Source: Takakia lepidozioides
Taxonomy: Eukaryota > Plantae > Bryophyta
Length of the DNA: 64,000 nt
Direction: 5' to 3'
Assembly: GCA_030704615.1 (NCBI GenBank)
Contig: CM060734.1
Coordinates: 50,592,001 to 50,656,000 of the forward strand
Below are positions 62,601-64,000 of the stretch, in pieces. The position numbers were made by a program, and so were the translations under genes. Below the pieces are notes generated by a model, which saw nothing but the letters and a program-made list of their open reading frames with translations, did no database searches and had not been told where the DNA came from. Each line of letters opens with the position of its first letter. The stretch's first letter is position 1.

Positions 62601-64000
62601 AAAGTCCGGAATAAGTCAGCAGGTGACTTGAGAAAACCTTCTCCTGTTACAGCAGATGCACGGAAACCTGTCGCAATTGTCATTAAAGAGGTCCAGAGAG
62701 TAGATCAGGGTGCAACACGGGACACCTCCCGCTCTGCCACAGGCTGTGGAAAAGCATCTGGGATTGTTTCACAGGAAGAGAGGATGGAAACCGGGCCAAG
62801 CCGCAGTGTGGAGACTATAAAGAGTAGGCCCGATGTCAGTGATTTGAATGAAAGGCCTCAAGACTCGAGGGGTACAAAGAGGCCAGCAGAGGACAGTGAT
62901 GTTTTGGACACATCAAGAGTGTACAAGAGACCCTCTGCAATGGTACCTCTGCCAGCATCTCTTGGGCGAGGGCATCCAGATAGCAATCCTGCAAAAGTGT
63001 TAGTTGGACCAGAGTTATCTGGAAATCTTTTGAGTGCAGAGGTTGGCAGAGCAAGCCCACTTGATGGGCATTCGAATCTGGCAGGCCCCAGCAGCAAGGC
63101 TCCCAATGTAGAGAATGGCTGCAAGCAGCGGCCCCACGGCAAGGGGCAGGAAGCCCCTGAAAGAGACTGCTTTGAGCGCCACACTGGACAAGGCTTTGAC
63201 CGGAAGGAGAAAACAAGCGCTGGATTGCTTGGGCCTGGGGAGAAGAGAAAGTCGATTACTGCCCCTGAACCAGGCCAGAGCAATGGCAAGCGGGCAAAGC
63301 TCTCACAGGTTGCAGATGATGTGGAAGGGATGGACTTTTTCTCACGTTATGAGAAGAAAGAGCCAGAGCTGCGGGGCCCTGTACAGAGTTATGATCAGTA
63401 TGCAGGCCTCTACCTTTTCTTATGGTTAGATGTTCCAATATGTGGTTGGGTAGAGGGGAATTTGATCCCCAGCTGTGAGCTTCCAGAAGGTTGTTATTTT
63501 TGTGGCTCCATGCTGTTGTGGTGGTGTTAATCCAAACATGTGTGGGTTGCAGAGAACGTTTACCCATGTCTTCCTAGGAGTCGTGCTTGGATATTAAATT
63601 GTATCGTAGGTGTGGTTATTCCGAATTGGTCTGAGATAGTGAGAGTGACAATTGCCCGGTATGTTTGTATAGGTCTTTGGAATATCGGAAGGAGTATCGA
63701 GAGAAGTATGAGGTCTACCTCCGCCTCCACACCGCCTTTCAAGAAGACAAGTATGTGTATGGTCCCCTTTCACTCTTGAAGTGTCTCTACTTTTTGTCTG
63801 TTTTTTCTTTGTTAGCTGCACTCTTTTCAGTTAACACACCTCATGTGGACAAGGCCCCTTCTGCTAAGGGATGGCAGTTGGATATTTCTGCTGAATGACA
63901 TGGCTTCCCAATTTTATTAGGAAGAGGGCTAATATTTTTGAGGACCTGCATGTGCAGAGTTGGCTTTGAAGCTCATTTAAGGGACTTAAACCAGACCAAG
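53633..64000 (+). CDS. Multi-exon Occludin/ELL-domain protein (plant ELL-like / 'dentin sialophosphoprotein-like'), 3' end beyond the window
   Basis: EESFQL...FAMAIRLTPGLLDELKRVEA / VIKVGEEEFK...GDLCDIFEE...GSVWRKL...RK/AIILD; central LL..NPKGM; Ser/Asp-rich region; C-terminal YEKKEPELRGPVQSYDQ / EYRKEYREKYEVY. Exons include ~53633-53968, 55806-56032, 56326-56387, 57996-58330, 58689-58765, 59259-59347, 59512-60187, ~60885-63397, 63673-63750. Exon 1 is frameshifted in G runs. Confidence 0.8.
57739..58076 (+). repeat. 168-bp tandem duplication spanning an intron 3' end and exon start
   Basis: Units 57739-57906 and 57907-58074, with duplicated acceptors at 57827 and 57995. Confidence 0.95.

Overview
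Eukaryotic nuclear DNA from a non-seed land plant (probably a moss or other bryophyte; inferred from gene content and repeats). Host genes flank a ~30 kb nested-transposon island. Left side: 3' exons of a decayed SDR gene and an intronless PLS-E-DYW PPR editing factor. Right side: PDV2-like, PRIN2-like and an Occludin/ELL-domain gene that runs off the window. The island is a minus-strand L1-type LINE interrupted by a solo LTR and by two related ~11 kb Ty3/Gypsy elements (20777-32443, TSD TGGC; 34134-45128, TSD AAGG). These two elements are the main result. (i) Both encode a DNMT3-like C5 cytosine methyltransferase between protease and RT, and a PHD finger after the integrase. (ii) Both have an in-frame TAA-CAACCA (CARYYA readthrough context) separating Gag-PR-MTase from RT-RH-IN-PHD. 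(iii) Both have permuted termini, A-internal-PPT-B-nn-A-B, instead of two equal LTRs, although they encode an rve-type integrase and no tyrosine recombinase. The junctions are what integration of a 2-LTR circle at an internal GACA-nn-TGTC site would produce. (iv) Both lack a tRNA PBS and instead carry an LTR hairpin whose loop is complementary to the PBS position (self-priming), and this pairing co-varies between otherwise unrelated LTRs. Both copies are decayed, and some frameshifts may be sequencing errors.
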